The position numbers were made by a program, and so were the translations under genes. A stretch of DNA of 64,000 nt from Stegostoma tigrinum (taxonomy: Eukaryota). The notes below the pieces were generated by a model. It ran no database searches. It had not been told where the DNA came from and saw only the letters and a program-made list of their open reading frames with translations. The DNA is taken from the NCBI RefSeq assembly GCF_030684315.1, contig NC_081369.1, forward strand, positions 10,206,035 to 10,270,034. The letters run 5' to 3'. This document shows, one piece after another, positions 1 to 12,964 of the stretch (positions are counted from its first letter, which is position 1; every line of letters starts with the position of its first letter).

Positions 1-549
1 TAAAACACAGCAAAGCACTGTGATTATTTTTAAAAACTTTGGGTAGGGCAAGGAAGTAGGTGCTAAATTTACCCCATTCAGCAAGGATGTAACTGACGGA
101 ACCAAATGCAGAGGAGATCTATTGAAATGGTATCAATAATGAAGAACATCAGTTACACAGTTTAGACTAGACAATTTATGATTGTTTTGCTCAGGGCAGA
201 GAAAGATAAGAGATGATTTATTAAAGTTATTCACAGTTATGTAAAGTTTCAAAAAATAAATAAGGGAAGTATGATTCCAATTGTGCATCTGTCAATATCC
301 AAAGGATACATGTATAATTACTGACAGAATAATCATGGGAAGATGAATGTTTATTTTATGGAGCTATCTGCTGTTCTTCAAAATATACTTCCTTAATAAG
401 TAGCAGAAGCAGAGTCAATTCAAAGTTAAAAAAGGAAGGAGACTTCCTTTAAAAAATGCAAAAAATATAGTGCTAGGGATTGCAACTCTCAGATGATTGC
501 AATACTTCTTGCTATTCGTACTCAACTGGTTTTCTGTTTAGAAACATGG

Positions 550-602
550 TCAGCTTATTGGCTGTTGAGCTTCACCATCCTCCACAGAATTTCTCATACA
601 AC
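550..602 (-). pseudogene. Copy C: degenerate cytoplasmic exon (homolog of gene A exon 32800-32852)
   Basis: Reverse complement reads (G)CMRNSVEDGEAQQPIS*, aligning to gene A GVRRYSAKVDEAQYLVK* with the same length and stop position. Upstream intron sequence matches 32740-32799. Acceptor is TAC instead of TAG. Confidence 0.75.
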
Positions 603-1697
603 GTAAAGAAAAGAAAAAAACACCTATATTGATTGTAAATTATTAAAATACAAATATAACAATAAATGTATGAATATATTGGAGCTGATTCGGAGCAACT
701 TCAGTCAATTGACACCTGGGATGATTGGATTGTCGTAGGAGGATAAGTTGGATGAGAGAGACTTCTTTCACTGGAGTTAGGATGAGAAAAAGATGACTTG
801 ATTGCAATGTGTTGCAGATTGCAAACTTTAAACGATTTGTCAGGTGGACGTAAAAAGAATGCTTTCTCATGCGGATATATCCAGAAACATGGAATACAAT
901 TAACCAATTGGATATTGTCCTTTATAGACAGAGAAAAAGAGGCCTTTTTTGAATCACAGAAGATTGTGCCAGTTTGGAATTCCCTGCAATAGAAGATGGT
1001 GGTGATGGCATGATTGAATATTCTAAAGGCAGAAATAATTAGGTTCTTGTTAGTTAAGTGGAATGAAAGGTTTATAGAGATAATTACGTATGTGGAATTC
1101 CAAACATTAATTGATCAACCATTATCTTATTGAATGATGGAGACGCTGAAGGGGCTGAAAGGTCCACTTGTGCTTTTAACTCATATGCATGCTTGTGTTA
1201 ATAATTCACTGAGGAATACCAGTGCCCTGCATTTCGAAGGTTTACAGCTCAATATGTAGTATATTAACATTGCAAACCCTGCCTTTGCTTTACCCATAAC
1301 AGAGCAGACATTTCCTCTTGTAGTATGGTGAATTGAAGTCTACTTTGTATTGCAAAATTACTTTGGAAAGACAATCTGGGAGTAAAGTGGAACAGTTTGG
1401 AGACTCTGATATCATTTCAAAATTAATACACTCGCGTTAGTAATGTTAGAAGTGGGAGGCCGGGTATAAAACGAGTAAAGAGTTCGAATGAGGAGATGAA
1501 ATAAATCCGGTTTATATTGACAAGTTAAACTGCTAATTATGTTATGCCATATGATAGCAATTCATTCTTTAAAGTTGTAGGAAAGTGGAAACTATTCCTT
1601 TATAGTTAATCACTATTCATCTGCTCTTAATGTCACCTAACAAGTATCATAGGACCCGGAAACTAAAAATATTCAGCGAAGTAGCCAAAGTTCTCAC

Positions 1698-1802
1698 CAG
1701 ATGATGCCTTTAACTCGATGCTCGTCCAAATGGTTATTAACTGTAAAATTACCAGCATGCTACCTGCCCATCTAGAGATGAGCAGATAATTGAGATCTTT
1801 AC
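1698..1802 (-). pseudogene. Copy C: transmembrane exon with TM Arg, acceptor mutated
   Basis: 105-nt exon, GKDLNYLLISRWAGSMLVILQLITIWTSIELKASS, same length and phase as the A/B TM exons. Donor GTGAG is intact; acceptor is TCG instead of TAG. Confidence 0.85.
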
Positions 1803-1989
1803 CGACAGGATCAATAACATTTGAACAGATTGAGGTATGTAAAATCGTGGATCAGACAGAGGATGCGGAGTGTGGTTGTGGTGGTGTTGGGAGAGGGGGA
1901 CGCGGCGCTGACGCGATCTGCAAATGATTATTAGAATGATTTCATCAAATAAATGTCAACAGGAACTTATCTGTTTTATTTCAATGGGA

Positions 1990-3760
1990 TGGAAGAAAAA
2001 GGGATGGAAGAAATCGTGTCAGGAAGAAAGAAAAGTTGACACTGGGGTCCATGCCTACATGAAAAAGTGTTGACCACGTTGAAAGCCTCTCAGGTCATTG
2101 GCAGGACCTGGTTGTGAGGGTGGGAAAAGGAAATGGAAGAAGGTTTTTCAGATCCTAAAATTATGGAACTCGATATTGAAACCTGAAGGAAGCAGGATTC
2201 CCAAAAGAGAAATGTGATGCTGTTCTTCCAGCGTGAACCAAGGATTGGTGGGACACAGCAGCATGCCCGAGTCAGAAATGTTAGCCAGAGATCATGGTGG
2301 TATGTTGAAGTGGCAGGCAACTGCAAGATCAGGGTTATATTTAAGAAGAGCATGAAGCAGTGCCCTGTCTGCGTTTTGTCTCCCTCGTACACAGGAGAAC
2401 ACACTATGTGCAGTGAATCTCATCGTTTAGATTGAGTGAAACGTAGGTAAATTGTAGCTTCACTTGGAAGGTGTGTCTGGTGACTTGGAGAGCTAGGACG
2501 GGGGAAGTAAATGGGCTGGGAATCTGACGATCTCCCCTCTGCAGACTTTAAACGCATTGTCCACCAGCAGCTTCTACCTTCTTCTCCAAATCCACCAACT
2601 GGACTGCCAGGGCAGACACATTATTTCTGATTGTTCCTGCCACACAGATCTTATCTCTTCCTACTGTAACTCAATGTTTTCTCCCCTTCCCAGGTCCATT
2701 CCAACCGACATCCACGATTCATGTGTTACTTCATATCAGTTTCAGAATTTCCAGTTTGTGGGCAGCAACCGCCTCATCTTCACCAACAATGTGTATTCGT
2801 TTTATGTGCTCATCAGTTCCCATCCACCATCACCCTCCTCTGTCATATCCTCACTTTGTACAACTGTCTCTTTGTAGGCACGTGAAACATTCCTTGTTCC
2901 AATCCAACTCAGGTACATCTACACACCTCTTTTTCTGTTTCATTGATGACTTCATTGCTGCTGCTTCCCTCTCTCATCCAAAATCGGAAATACTTATTAA
3001 TTTTGCTTTCAATTTCCATCCTGCTGTCACCTTTCCCTGGCACCTCCCTTTCCTTCTCGAAATTACTGTTTCCAACTCTGGGCATAGACCAGCCATGGAT
3101 ATTCATTACAACCCACTGACTCTCACGTTTATCAAGACTATACACCTTCAAACCCCATTTCCTGTTAGAAACTCAATTCCTTTCTCCCAGTAACTCCTCC
3201 TACATCACATCTGGTATGATGATGCTGTAATATGTAAGAGGCCTCAGAAATCTCCGCTATTTTTCTCAACCGAGGATTCCCTGCTCCCAATATTCAGACT
3301 TTGACTCATTTCCCCAACCTCTCCCCTCCCACAATACCGATAGGGAACTCTTGTCCTCAGCTGCCACCCTTCCTGCATTGAAATATCATAAGTCACGATT
3401 TCCAAGATCTCAAGTGGGATGCCATCACCCGACATACATATCTCTCTCCTCATTTGTAAGCATGTTGACTCCATTGTCTACTCATTCTCCACTGCCAACG
3501 CTCCCCTTCAATTCCACATTCCTGTGACATGCATTTGCAGAAGGTGCAACACTTCATCCATCCGCACTATCAAAGGTCGCAGTCACACTTTGCAGGTGAA
3601 GCAGCAATTTATATGCACTTCATTCAATTTAATCTACTGTTTTTGCTGCTCATTGTGCAGTCTGCTTTACATTGGCTAAAAAAACATAAACTGGGTGATT
3701 GTTTTATGGATCACCCACGTCTTGACTGCAAAAATGTCTCCTGAGGTTCCAACTACCTGC
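1990..3760. mobile_element. Decayed Penelope-like retroelement, two oppositely oriented parts (RT remnant on +)
   Basis: PLE RT-like remnants (FIDDFIAAAS, LINFAFNFHPAVTF, DIHYNP) with frameshifts. Mirror image of 21320-23850. Confidence 0.75.
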
Positions 3761-4350
3761 CACTTTGATGGAGCTGTCCCTATTTTTAAGAGGCACAAAA
3801 TGGTCAGAATTTAAAGAAAAGCTAATTGAATTGTCTATTTTTATAGACACAAAATGGTCAAAATTTAAAAAGCCTACTTCAGTTAAAAAAAAAGTGCCTT
3901 TGGGAAGGGGGCTTTCTCTGAGGCAAAAGAAAGCATTATCTGAATGACAACATTCCAAGGAATAGAAATGTAGCGATAAGGAGATTGAAAGAATTCTATT
4001 TGAAAGATTTGTAACAAACATCGGAGTAGTAATGATATCGTAGCTCATCAAAAAGTCTTTGAAAAATCACGAAACTGTGACAATTGATTAATTGTAGTCT
4101 TGTGAAGGAAAAACAATGCGCTCAACCATCAAAATAGCGGCTAAAGTTATGTTGCAGTAATTTGCTGTCTCTTTGAAGCTATTTAAAATATTAATACGCT
4201 CTACTTGAAGACTCTTTACGTAATCACAGGGATAGATTTCAATGTAATTATTAAAGGTTAAAGTGATGTCAACATATCTTGCCTGATTAGATAAAAGATA
4301 TTAGCAGTGGAAATAATTTTTTAAATTATCATTATTATTGATATTGTTTT

Positions 4351-4576
4351 ATTGATGACTTCATTGCTGCTGCTTCCCTCTCTCATCCAAAATCGGAAAT
4401 ACTTATTAATTTTGCTTTCAATTTCCATCCTGCTGTCACCTTTCCCTGGTTCCTCCCTTTCCTTCCTCGAAGTTACTGTTTCCAACTCTGGGCATAGACC
4501 AGCCATGGATATTCATTACAACCCACTGACTCTCACGTTTATCAAGACTGTCCACCTTCACACCCCATTTCCTGTT
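4351..4576 (+). repeat. Near-identical direct copy of 2942-3166 (PLE RT fragment)
   Basis: Both begin attgatgacttcattgctgctgcttccc and end ccccatttcctgtt, with only a few substitutions and one 1-nt indel. Confidence 0.9.
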
Positions 4577-6986
4577 TTAATAACAGAATCAATATTTTTA
4601 AATATAAAAAAAGTGTAATGGAATTTGATTAAGAAAAAACACATACAATGGACAATAGACTTCGAGCAGTCCTTAAAAATAATCACTGAAGGCATGACCT
4701 AAAGAGAACAGCCAGTAGCTTTGGAATGCAACAAAGATCCCAAGGTCTAAAGATTGCAATAATTGTAAGTCATCATTAAAGAAAAAACTAAGAGAAGCTC
4801 GGGTTGTCTATTGGAATACCCATCACTGATCAAGTGTTTTACGGGATTGGTCCCATTGAAGGGAAGAGAAGGGTACAACAAACACTTTTATATGATTATT
4901 GTAACTCAAAAAGTACAAAAAATACTTGTTTTTACTGTGAAATCAGTGTGTGTCATTGATCTCTCTTCTAGTTGGATCCGAAGATGAAGGGAATGATTCT
5001 GTTTCATGTCCAAGCCAGAATTGGGGAAGATCCTTCGGTCTGCTCCCTGCATTAACCAGTTTTTGCTTGAATAAAAGTCCACAACATGCCTGAATCCTAT
5101 CTATCTCTTGAGTCTTTGTCCCTGGCCAGGGTGGGGAGCGGTGCGGGGGTTGCCTCTCTCCCACACACTTCAACAGACCACCAACCTCCTTTGCCAACAA
5201 ACCCTACCCCCCAATAAAATGTGAGTAATACTTCCAGGTCCACTTTACGGTCCTATCCTTAGGAATTGAGTGAGGACTGTGGGTCTTTAGGAAACATAAA
5301 TGCTGAAGACATGACAAGTGAAATAGTTAGCAGTGCAGTCATGGGTATTATATTATGCGCATTTGCAATAGCAGTGAATGCAAGTTCACGCTTCTTGTGA
5401 CATAGGTTATAGTGCAATCAATCAGATGCTATTCCACTTGGTTGCAAACTTGTTCTGAAGGAGCGACTTCATGGCAAAAGTTTGGTAGTGAAGATTGTCC
5501 AACTCAAATATACACCTTCAATGAACCCCAGCACTAACTAGCTTCTACTTTGAATGTGAATCTGTTATTCTCACAATGATGTTTCCTTCAAAAATCATAA
5601 GGATCTCATGATATTCATCACTGGAAGGGAGACAGCACTTCATATGAACAGGCTGTGAGTATATCAATTGTTTGAGGTGCGTGCCATGTTTGCTATTGAG
5701 AAAGCTTGTGCATTGACGACAATCCTTGCAGCAACACTGTTGACTTGTTTTCCTAAACGAGGCAGGCCCTGTCGCCAAGAATTATCTGCTAAGGTACAAA
5801 ACTGACGTGAACAGAGGAGTATAAAAAGTGGCTTTGGTATGCTCCCTCCATAAAAAGCAACTCAAAGGAGATATGAGCAATTAACGCTCTACTCTTTGGT
5901 TTTCGCAAAGAGATGAAATTTCATGAACAGTGCTATCAGGTAAAATTTGCACAAATGTAATCTGCTCACGGAGGTTGGACTTGAGATTCTTTATATCTTT
6001 GTTTGCTCACTTGTGTGATGTGGATGTCACTGGCTGTCCATTGTTTATTATCCGTTGTTAGATGCACCTGAGAATGTGGTGGTGAGCTGCCTTCTTGAAT
6101 TGCTCCATTCTGCGTGATATTGGTCGATCAAAAATACTGTTAGGGAAGGTGTTGCAGAAATTTGAATGAACCACAGTGTAGGAACTTCTGGAAGTACTAT
6201 AGCATTGGTTCAAGCACCGAACGAAGAGCTGAACACCAGCTGTGAGGTGAAAGTGTCTGCTCTTAACATTAATGGAGTGTTCGAACAAGTATGCTGCTAA
6301 GGAGCCCGAGAGAAATTGGAGTCAATGGGAATAGGGTAGGATGGGGAGGGGGTGAGTCGCAGGTGATGGAAGTGGTTAGTACCTACCACCTATATCTCAC
6401 ACAAAGGAAGATTTATTTTCTGGATGTCAGTTACATCATTACTGGATGTTACTGTGTAACAGTAGGACAATGTCCATTCGCAAACATCATGTCTGCTTCT
6501 TTATGATCTTGCCTCCGACATAAAGCCAACAACGTGCATGTTCACTGATAATTGCAGAAGCTTCAGCACCATTTAAAACTCCTCAGAAAATGAAATAATT
6601 CATGAACAAATGCAGGAAAACCAAAGCACAATTCTATCTTGGCTGATAAGATACACTTAACATTTACAACACACAAGTACCAGGCTATGGCCATTTCAAA
6701 CAAGAGAATATCAAGCTATTTTACTTGATATTTACTGATATCTCATTGCTGGATTTCGCACAACATGCTGGGGTTACATTAACAAGAAAATGTTGTCATA
6801 TCCTTAACTAAAACAGAGGCTAGGAATTCTGCAGTCTAGTAATTCCTCAAAATCTGCCCAGTCTTTACAGGGCAGAATTCAGAAGTGTGATAAAGTATTC
6901 ACCACTTGCCTGAAAGAATCCGTATCTAGCAACACACTACAAACTGGATGTGATCTGGGGAAAAGAAGCACTCTTGTTTTGAAATG

Positions 6987-7510
6987 AGATAATGGGAACT
7001 GCAGATGCTGGAGAATCCAAGATAAAGTGTGAAGCTGGATGAACACAGCAGGCCAAGCAGCATCTCAGGAGCACAAAAGCTGACATTTCAGGCCTAGACC
7101 CTTCATCAGAGAGGGGGATGAGGAGAGGGAGCTGGAATAAATAGGGAGAGGGGGGGAGGCGGACCGAGGATGGAGAGAAAAGAAGATAGGTGGAGAGGAG
7201 AGTATAGGTGAGGAGGTAGGGAGGGGATAGGTCAGTCCAGGGAAGACGGACAGGTCAAGGAGGTGGCATGAGGTTAGTAGGTAGGAAATGGAGGTGCGGC
7301 TTGAGGTGGGATGAAGGGATGGGTGAGAGGAAGAACAGGTTAGGGAGGCAGAGACAGGCTGGGCTGGTTTTGGGATGCAGTGGGGGGAGGGGACGAACTG
7401 GGCTGGTTTTCGGATGCGGTGGGGGAAGTGGAGATTTTGAAGCTGGTGAAGTCCACATTGATACCATTGGGCTGCAGGGTTCCCAAGCGGAATATGAGTT
7501 GCTTGTTTTG
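6987..7510 (-). mobile_element. Penelope-like element terminal repeat and 3' fragment
   Basis: gagataatgggaactgcagatgctggagaatcc terminus shared with 34257, 35707 and 56329. Purine-rich block. Hammerhead-like motif on the minus strand at about 7083-7109. Confidence 0.7.
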
Positions 7511-10135
7511 AACCTAATTCACCACTGTAAATATTCATCACCCCACCATTCATTGAGATGGTAACAGTGTCTACCATCCACAAGACACTTCACAGCTACT
7601 CATATTCTTTCCAGTTGAGCAGTCAGACACACCATTGTTCTGCCATTTTCACATTCTAATTGGTTAATCTGAACTGTCAACATCCTTTCTCTCCCTGCAT
7701 TACAACCCTCCGCTCCACTATTGCATAAATTCTGCCTGCTCCACACTTTACTTCAGTTCCGTCGAAGAGTCTTCTAGACTCAAAATATTAGCTTGCCTTC
7801 TCTCGATGGATGTTACCTGACCCGCTGTGATCTCCAGCATTTGCTGTCATCAGTTCAGATTCCAACATCCACAGTAATTTGCTCTTGCAGCTACCTACTA
7901 AGCCTTATTTGACAGCACCATCCAAACCTCCTCCTCTTATCGTCTAGAAGAGCAGGGCGACAGAAGCAAGGGAAGGCCAAAATCTTCTGTTACCCTTCAA
8001 ACCATTCACCATTCTTACTTGGAACTATGTCACTGTCCCTTCATTGTTTCTGGATCCAAGTCCTCTCTGACAACATGATAGTACAGTCAATAGCATTGAC
8101 TGCATTGGTTCTATGAGGCAGGTCACTATTACCTTCAGTCCGGTCATGGATTTACAATAAGTATGATTTGTCAGAAACTCCCAAATCATATTCAAAAAAG
8201 GAATAAAATTCTGGGAGCAAAGAAAACAAATTGATTATAGTTTCCATTGTGAAACGATTGTCTTAGTGTTACTAAATATTAAAGAACACAGTAATGGACC
8301 AGAGACATATATTTCATTCAGAATAAATTTTAATTGAAGAAAATGAAATTCGAAATATTGGAAACGTGACAGTAAGATTAAGACACTGAAAATTCATTAA
8401 TAACCGCTTTGTATCTATGGAATATTACTGAGTCACAATAGTATTGGTAACTCGATTTTGTTTTATTCTTGGAGATTCTACTGTAAGACAGTACTCATCT
8501 CATACTCAATCTCTTCGGAATAAAAGAGTCAGTTATTTTACTCTTCTAGCATATTTTGAAATTGAGTGACATTTCAGATGATTACTTTATGCATGATATT
8601 TTGTTACGTGCCCATTTGATGACATGTGTAAACATTAATGTGTTTACATGGAGAAGCCTCTTAATTGTGTCCAAGCACAATACAACATATTTGACATTTT
8701 GGATTTTTTAGTGAGATGAACAATTTAACTTGTAAATCAAAGAAAATACTTTCAAGAATAGAAAGACTCACTTGTGTTAACATTTAAACAGATGCCAATT
8801 CTTTAGCTTCTTATGCTTTCAGTAAGGCTGATATCACCTTTTTAAGAATAGTGCCATTCGATAAAATAACTCTCAAATAACTTCCTGTAATATCATTACT
8901 TTGTAGACTACCTGTTAATGTTCATCTGACACATCTCTGGTACAGAGTGGGATTTGACTCCAGATAGCCTGTTCAATGCTGAGGGGTACTACCATTTCAC
9001 GACAAGAAAAACCGTAATTCATACGTATTCAACCTCGCTTAAATATGATCACCTGATAATTACGACAGTGACGTTTGGGGTATTCTGTTAAAGACAAGCT
9101 GTTGTCTGTTCCTCAGTGCTTACGTATTTTGAATACTTAGTTATTTCAATTATAATACTTTACAACGTCTCAAGATCATGAAAGGTGCTATATAAACGTT
9201 CTTTATTATCTTCAAATTATGTTTATTAAGAGCAAAGCGGGTTCACACTATCTTTTAGACAGACTTAACTTATATTTTTGGTTTCCTTTACATTCCTTTG
9301 CTTATAAACTCCAGTGTATTTTACTATTTAAGATTTTCCGAAAAATAAAATTTCAAGTGAACAAATATATAAATACGTAAAAGAATTTTTAAATAAATCA
9401 GAGCAGTTGTAAATGAAAAGTTGCATCTTTAGTTTTAATATAAGCGATAATCCTCATAATTTAAAATTGATATGACAACAATGCAACCACTCATGCGCAG
9501 TTTATCCTGCAAGTGCCGATCAACCACTCTAGAGTTGTTCTTTTGACCAAGAGCCAAACACCCTGGATCGCTGCCTCGTCAGGTAGTCTTGAAACTGTCA
9601 CGTACAGTCTGTCACGTGCATTACTCCCGCAAAAATGAAACTAGCTTCAAATTTCCTGATGTTTTACATCATTGCTATTTTCAGTTTTTCTCTTTGGTTC
9701 TTGCTGTGTTATAACATTGACTGCAGTTTTAAAAGCCGTCTCTGGTTGTGGTGCTTTTCAGTATTTCGTCGTATTCAACAACCACGTGTTTTTTATTTTC
9801 TCTGCTGCTATGAGCGGATGATGCTATACGCAAAATTTCTTCCAGATTTGCGTTTCCCGAAACAATCAGTGTGATACATTTTGAGACTGTTCGTTGGCGA
9901 GGTAATGAGGTGTAATATATGAACGTGTGTCAGTCTTCCTTTCGTCAAAACAGTATATGTGAACACCTGTAAATATGGTGGGATTTGGAATTTGGGTTTA
10001 GACGTAGGTCATGCACCCGTTACTAAGACAGATGCAAAGTGTGGAACACAGCGGGTCATATCCTTAGAACATTAAGCAATGGATGATAATTTACGATAGT
10101 GTCTCCCCGGATAAACCCACATTTAGCCAAGTTGT

Positions 10136-10288
10136 TTCAGGGATATTAAGAACTGCAGATGCTGAGAATCTGAGATAACAAGTTGTAGAGCTGGATGAAC
10201 ACAGCAGGTCAGGCAGCATCAGAGGAACAGGAAGGCTTCCTGCTCCTCTGATGCTGCTTGGCCTGCTGTGTTCATCCACTCTATACCT
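10136..10288. mobile_element. Short palindromic PLE-derived insertion with 15-bp flanking duplication
   Basis: atttagccaagttgt at 10121-10135 and 10289-10303. Internal inverted PLE terminal sequence. Confidence 0.8.
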
Positions 10289-10854
10289 ATTTAGCCAAGT
10301 TGTACCATTCTAATTTTGGTAGGAATTTTAATTTTGATACAAGGCCCTTAATGAAAATCAGAGGACATCAACTGCAGCTATGGAGGAAACGTATTCCATG
10401 ACGTAAAGGCGTGGCAGACTTTTCTCTGTTTAGGAGGGTTGTTTTCCATGAGTAAAGGAATTTGCACTCATTTACTCATTTGTCTTAAGATAGACTAATA
10501 AACGACAGCTGCATGATTGGCAAAGCTTTCAAGCCCAAACCACGGCTGGCAAGGAACAGAAACAGCAGGAGCAGGGGTAGATATCGGGACCCTGGTGCAC
10601 GCACCAGCATTCAACGAGATCACGATTGATCTTCCTCGGCGCTATTTTCCCACATTATCTACATATCATTGAATGTCTGGAATACAACTGATCCCAGTAG
10701 TTCGTACTGTTAGTGACTGAGTCTTTCCCAGTATTCTTGGGTGGAGAATTCAAACGATTCACCACCCCCTGGTTTTCCTCACTACCTCGGTTCTCGGTGA
10801 CCTGCGTCTTATTCTGTAACTGTGTTCTCTGGTTCGAGACCATCAGCCAGGAGA

Positions 10855-11180
10855 ATCATAGATTCCCAACAGAGTGGAAACAGGCCATTTTGCCCAACAT
10901 ATCCGCACAGCCACACCAAAGAGCATCCCACCTAGACTAATTCCCCACGTGTAACCCTCCTAACCTAAACATCACTCGGCACTCTGGTCAATTTAGCATG
11001 CCAATCCACCTCCACTGCGCATGTTTGGACTGTGGGAGGAAATTGGAGCTCCCGGAGGAAACCCACAGAGACACAGGGAGAATGTGCAAACTTCTCACAG
11101 TCCGTTAGCCAAGGCTGGCATCGAACCCAAGTCCCTGGTGTTATGAGATAGCAGTGCTAACCACAGAGCCACCGCACCGG
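10855..11180 (-). mobile_element. HE1-type (V-SINE) tRNA-derived SINE
   Basis: Reverse complement has a tRNA-like head (gtggctctgtggttagcactgct...ggttcgatgcc), the V-domain core tttgcacattctccctgtgtctctgtgggtttcctccggg and a CR1/HER1-like tail. Confidence 0.8.
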
Positions 11181-11917
11181 CCAAATGCAGAAACATCTTT
11201 TCCTCACTGCCGTGTGGAGACCTCGAAGGATTTTTAAATACTTTGCAACACTGTCCTCCAGTCTTCCCAGACAGCACTGACCGCAGTGTTTTGGATATAT
11301 AACAAGAAGAACTTGCAATTGTGTTGGATCTTTCACCAGGTTAAAAATAATTTTAAGGCACTTCACAGAGCATTATCAGCAAAACATGACGTCATCTTAG
11401 GACAGAGGAAAAAGTGAAGTTCAAGAATTGCCTTGATGAAGGTATGACCCAGTGTGAGCGAGAGAGGTAGGAATTTTGCCAGTGTAATTTACAGGCAACT
11501 GAGTATGCTTTAGGTGGAGTTCAGTTAAACAGGATAAAAGTATAAAAACAGATGTTGTTGGAAATGGTCAGCAGGGTTAGCGCATACTGCACAAGTTGTA
11601 TGTTATTTGGGTGGAACAGATGCATTTCATTTGTATGTTCATTTCATTTCACTGAAAAAAAATCGAGTTATCAACTTTTAAACAGTTTTCACAACGACTT
11701 ACCATTTCAAATAATTCCAGGGAACTATTCGTCTTCCTGCACCTGCAATCGACCTTAGAATATTTTATGGTCTTTCCAGTTCTGCAGCATTGAGAAAGAA
11801 CACTGGTCACATTAACATGATACCCTCGAGTTTGAACAGCTAGCCAATGAATTAAAAATATGCATTCAATAGTTTGCCCCCAGCAGGAGGTCCATTTCCG
11901 TATATTTTTAATCTTAC

Positions 11918-12214
11918 CTCGATTGAGGGTGCAGCTTTCGCTTACAGGCAGCTTAAGGCAGGCCTGCGATACCTGGCAGGTATAAACTGCACCGCTTTGC
12001 ACCGGCTGTGCTTCTTCCAACGAAGTAGTAACTTCATAAAGTCCATCCACAGTCTTGTTATTCACAGTTTCTATTCTGGCCAGATTTTCGAAAGCATCCC
12101 TTGGTCAGGCTATTCCTAAACTTTCCGGATAAAGGGCTGTCGTTTTGCACCTGAATTTCCAACAAATCCCTGAAAATCATGCCCACGGAAGGGATTTCAG
12201 GATAGTTGGCCGAG
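11918..12214 (-). pseudogene. Copy C: Ig C1-set exon with two in-frame stops
   Basis: 297 nt reading xRPTILKSLPWA*FSGICWKFRCKTTALYPESLGIA*PRDAFENLARIETVNNKTVDGLYEVTTSLEEAQPVQSGAVYTCQVSQACLKLPVSESCTLNR, colinear with the A/B C1 exon. Stops at 12179-12177 and 12107-12105 (the latter at the conserved C-strand Trp). Acceptor is TAA; donor GTAAG is intact. Confidence 0.9.
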
Positions 12215-12964
12215 TTACAACAGAAAGTAAAATAAATTTTAAAAATCAATTTACATTCTCTTTTATGTGCCTTCCACCTCTCCTTCCTAATCCCAAATTA
12301 TGCTGATTCATTCTTAATGCAGCAAATTTCCTTTGTAATCGTATTTTAAACTTGGTCTTTGCATTTCTGTTTAAAAATCCAGGGCAAAATGTTGGGATGC
12401 TCTGCACCAATGCACAACGAAAAAGAACCTAGGGTTGAAAATCTTCGATAAAGTGCAGGAGTTATATAATCCGGGGGGTTTTTTTTGCCCTTTTATTAGT
12501 GAATTTCGGTTTGTTGAACTTTTTTTGACCCGAGAGGATTTTCTGTTTGAAGGCAGGATATGAATTAGGAGCTGATATAGGCCGTTCCAAAAGGTAGTCA
12601 TTTCGACCCTTTGAATCCAATCCAACAGTTAATATGATAATGGCTGCGTTTTTTGCATTCCTGGTTCTCATTCCCGTCTATGTCTGAAACCACACCCTCC
12701 ACCTTGAAACAACTATTCTACATTAACCGTTCACTAAAATGAGCGCGTGCTGTCTCCATCTGCTATACAAACATAGGAACGTAGAAGATAGGAGCAGGAC
12801 GAGGCCATTCGGCCCTTTGAGCCTGCTCCACTATTACTCACGACCATGGCTGATTGTCCAACTCAGGAGCCTAATCCTGCTTTCTCCCCATAACCTTTCA
12901 TCCTATTCACACCAAGTACTATACCGAGCCACCTTTTGAATAGATTCGATGTTTTGGCATCAAC

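Noticed and set aside
7065-7583. 172-aa Pro/Ser-rich ORF
   Set aside because: Low-complexity terminal region of a Penelope-like element.
9635-9874. Hydrophobic 79-aa ORF as a leader or membrane protein
   Set aside because: T-rich compositional artefact, with no donor or homologous copy identified.
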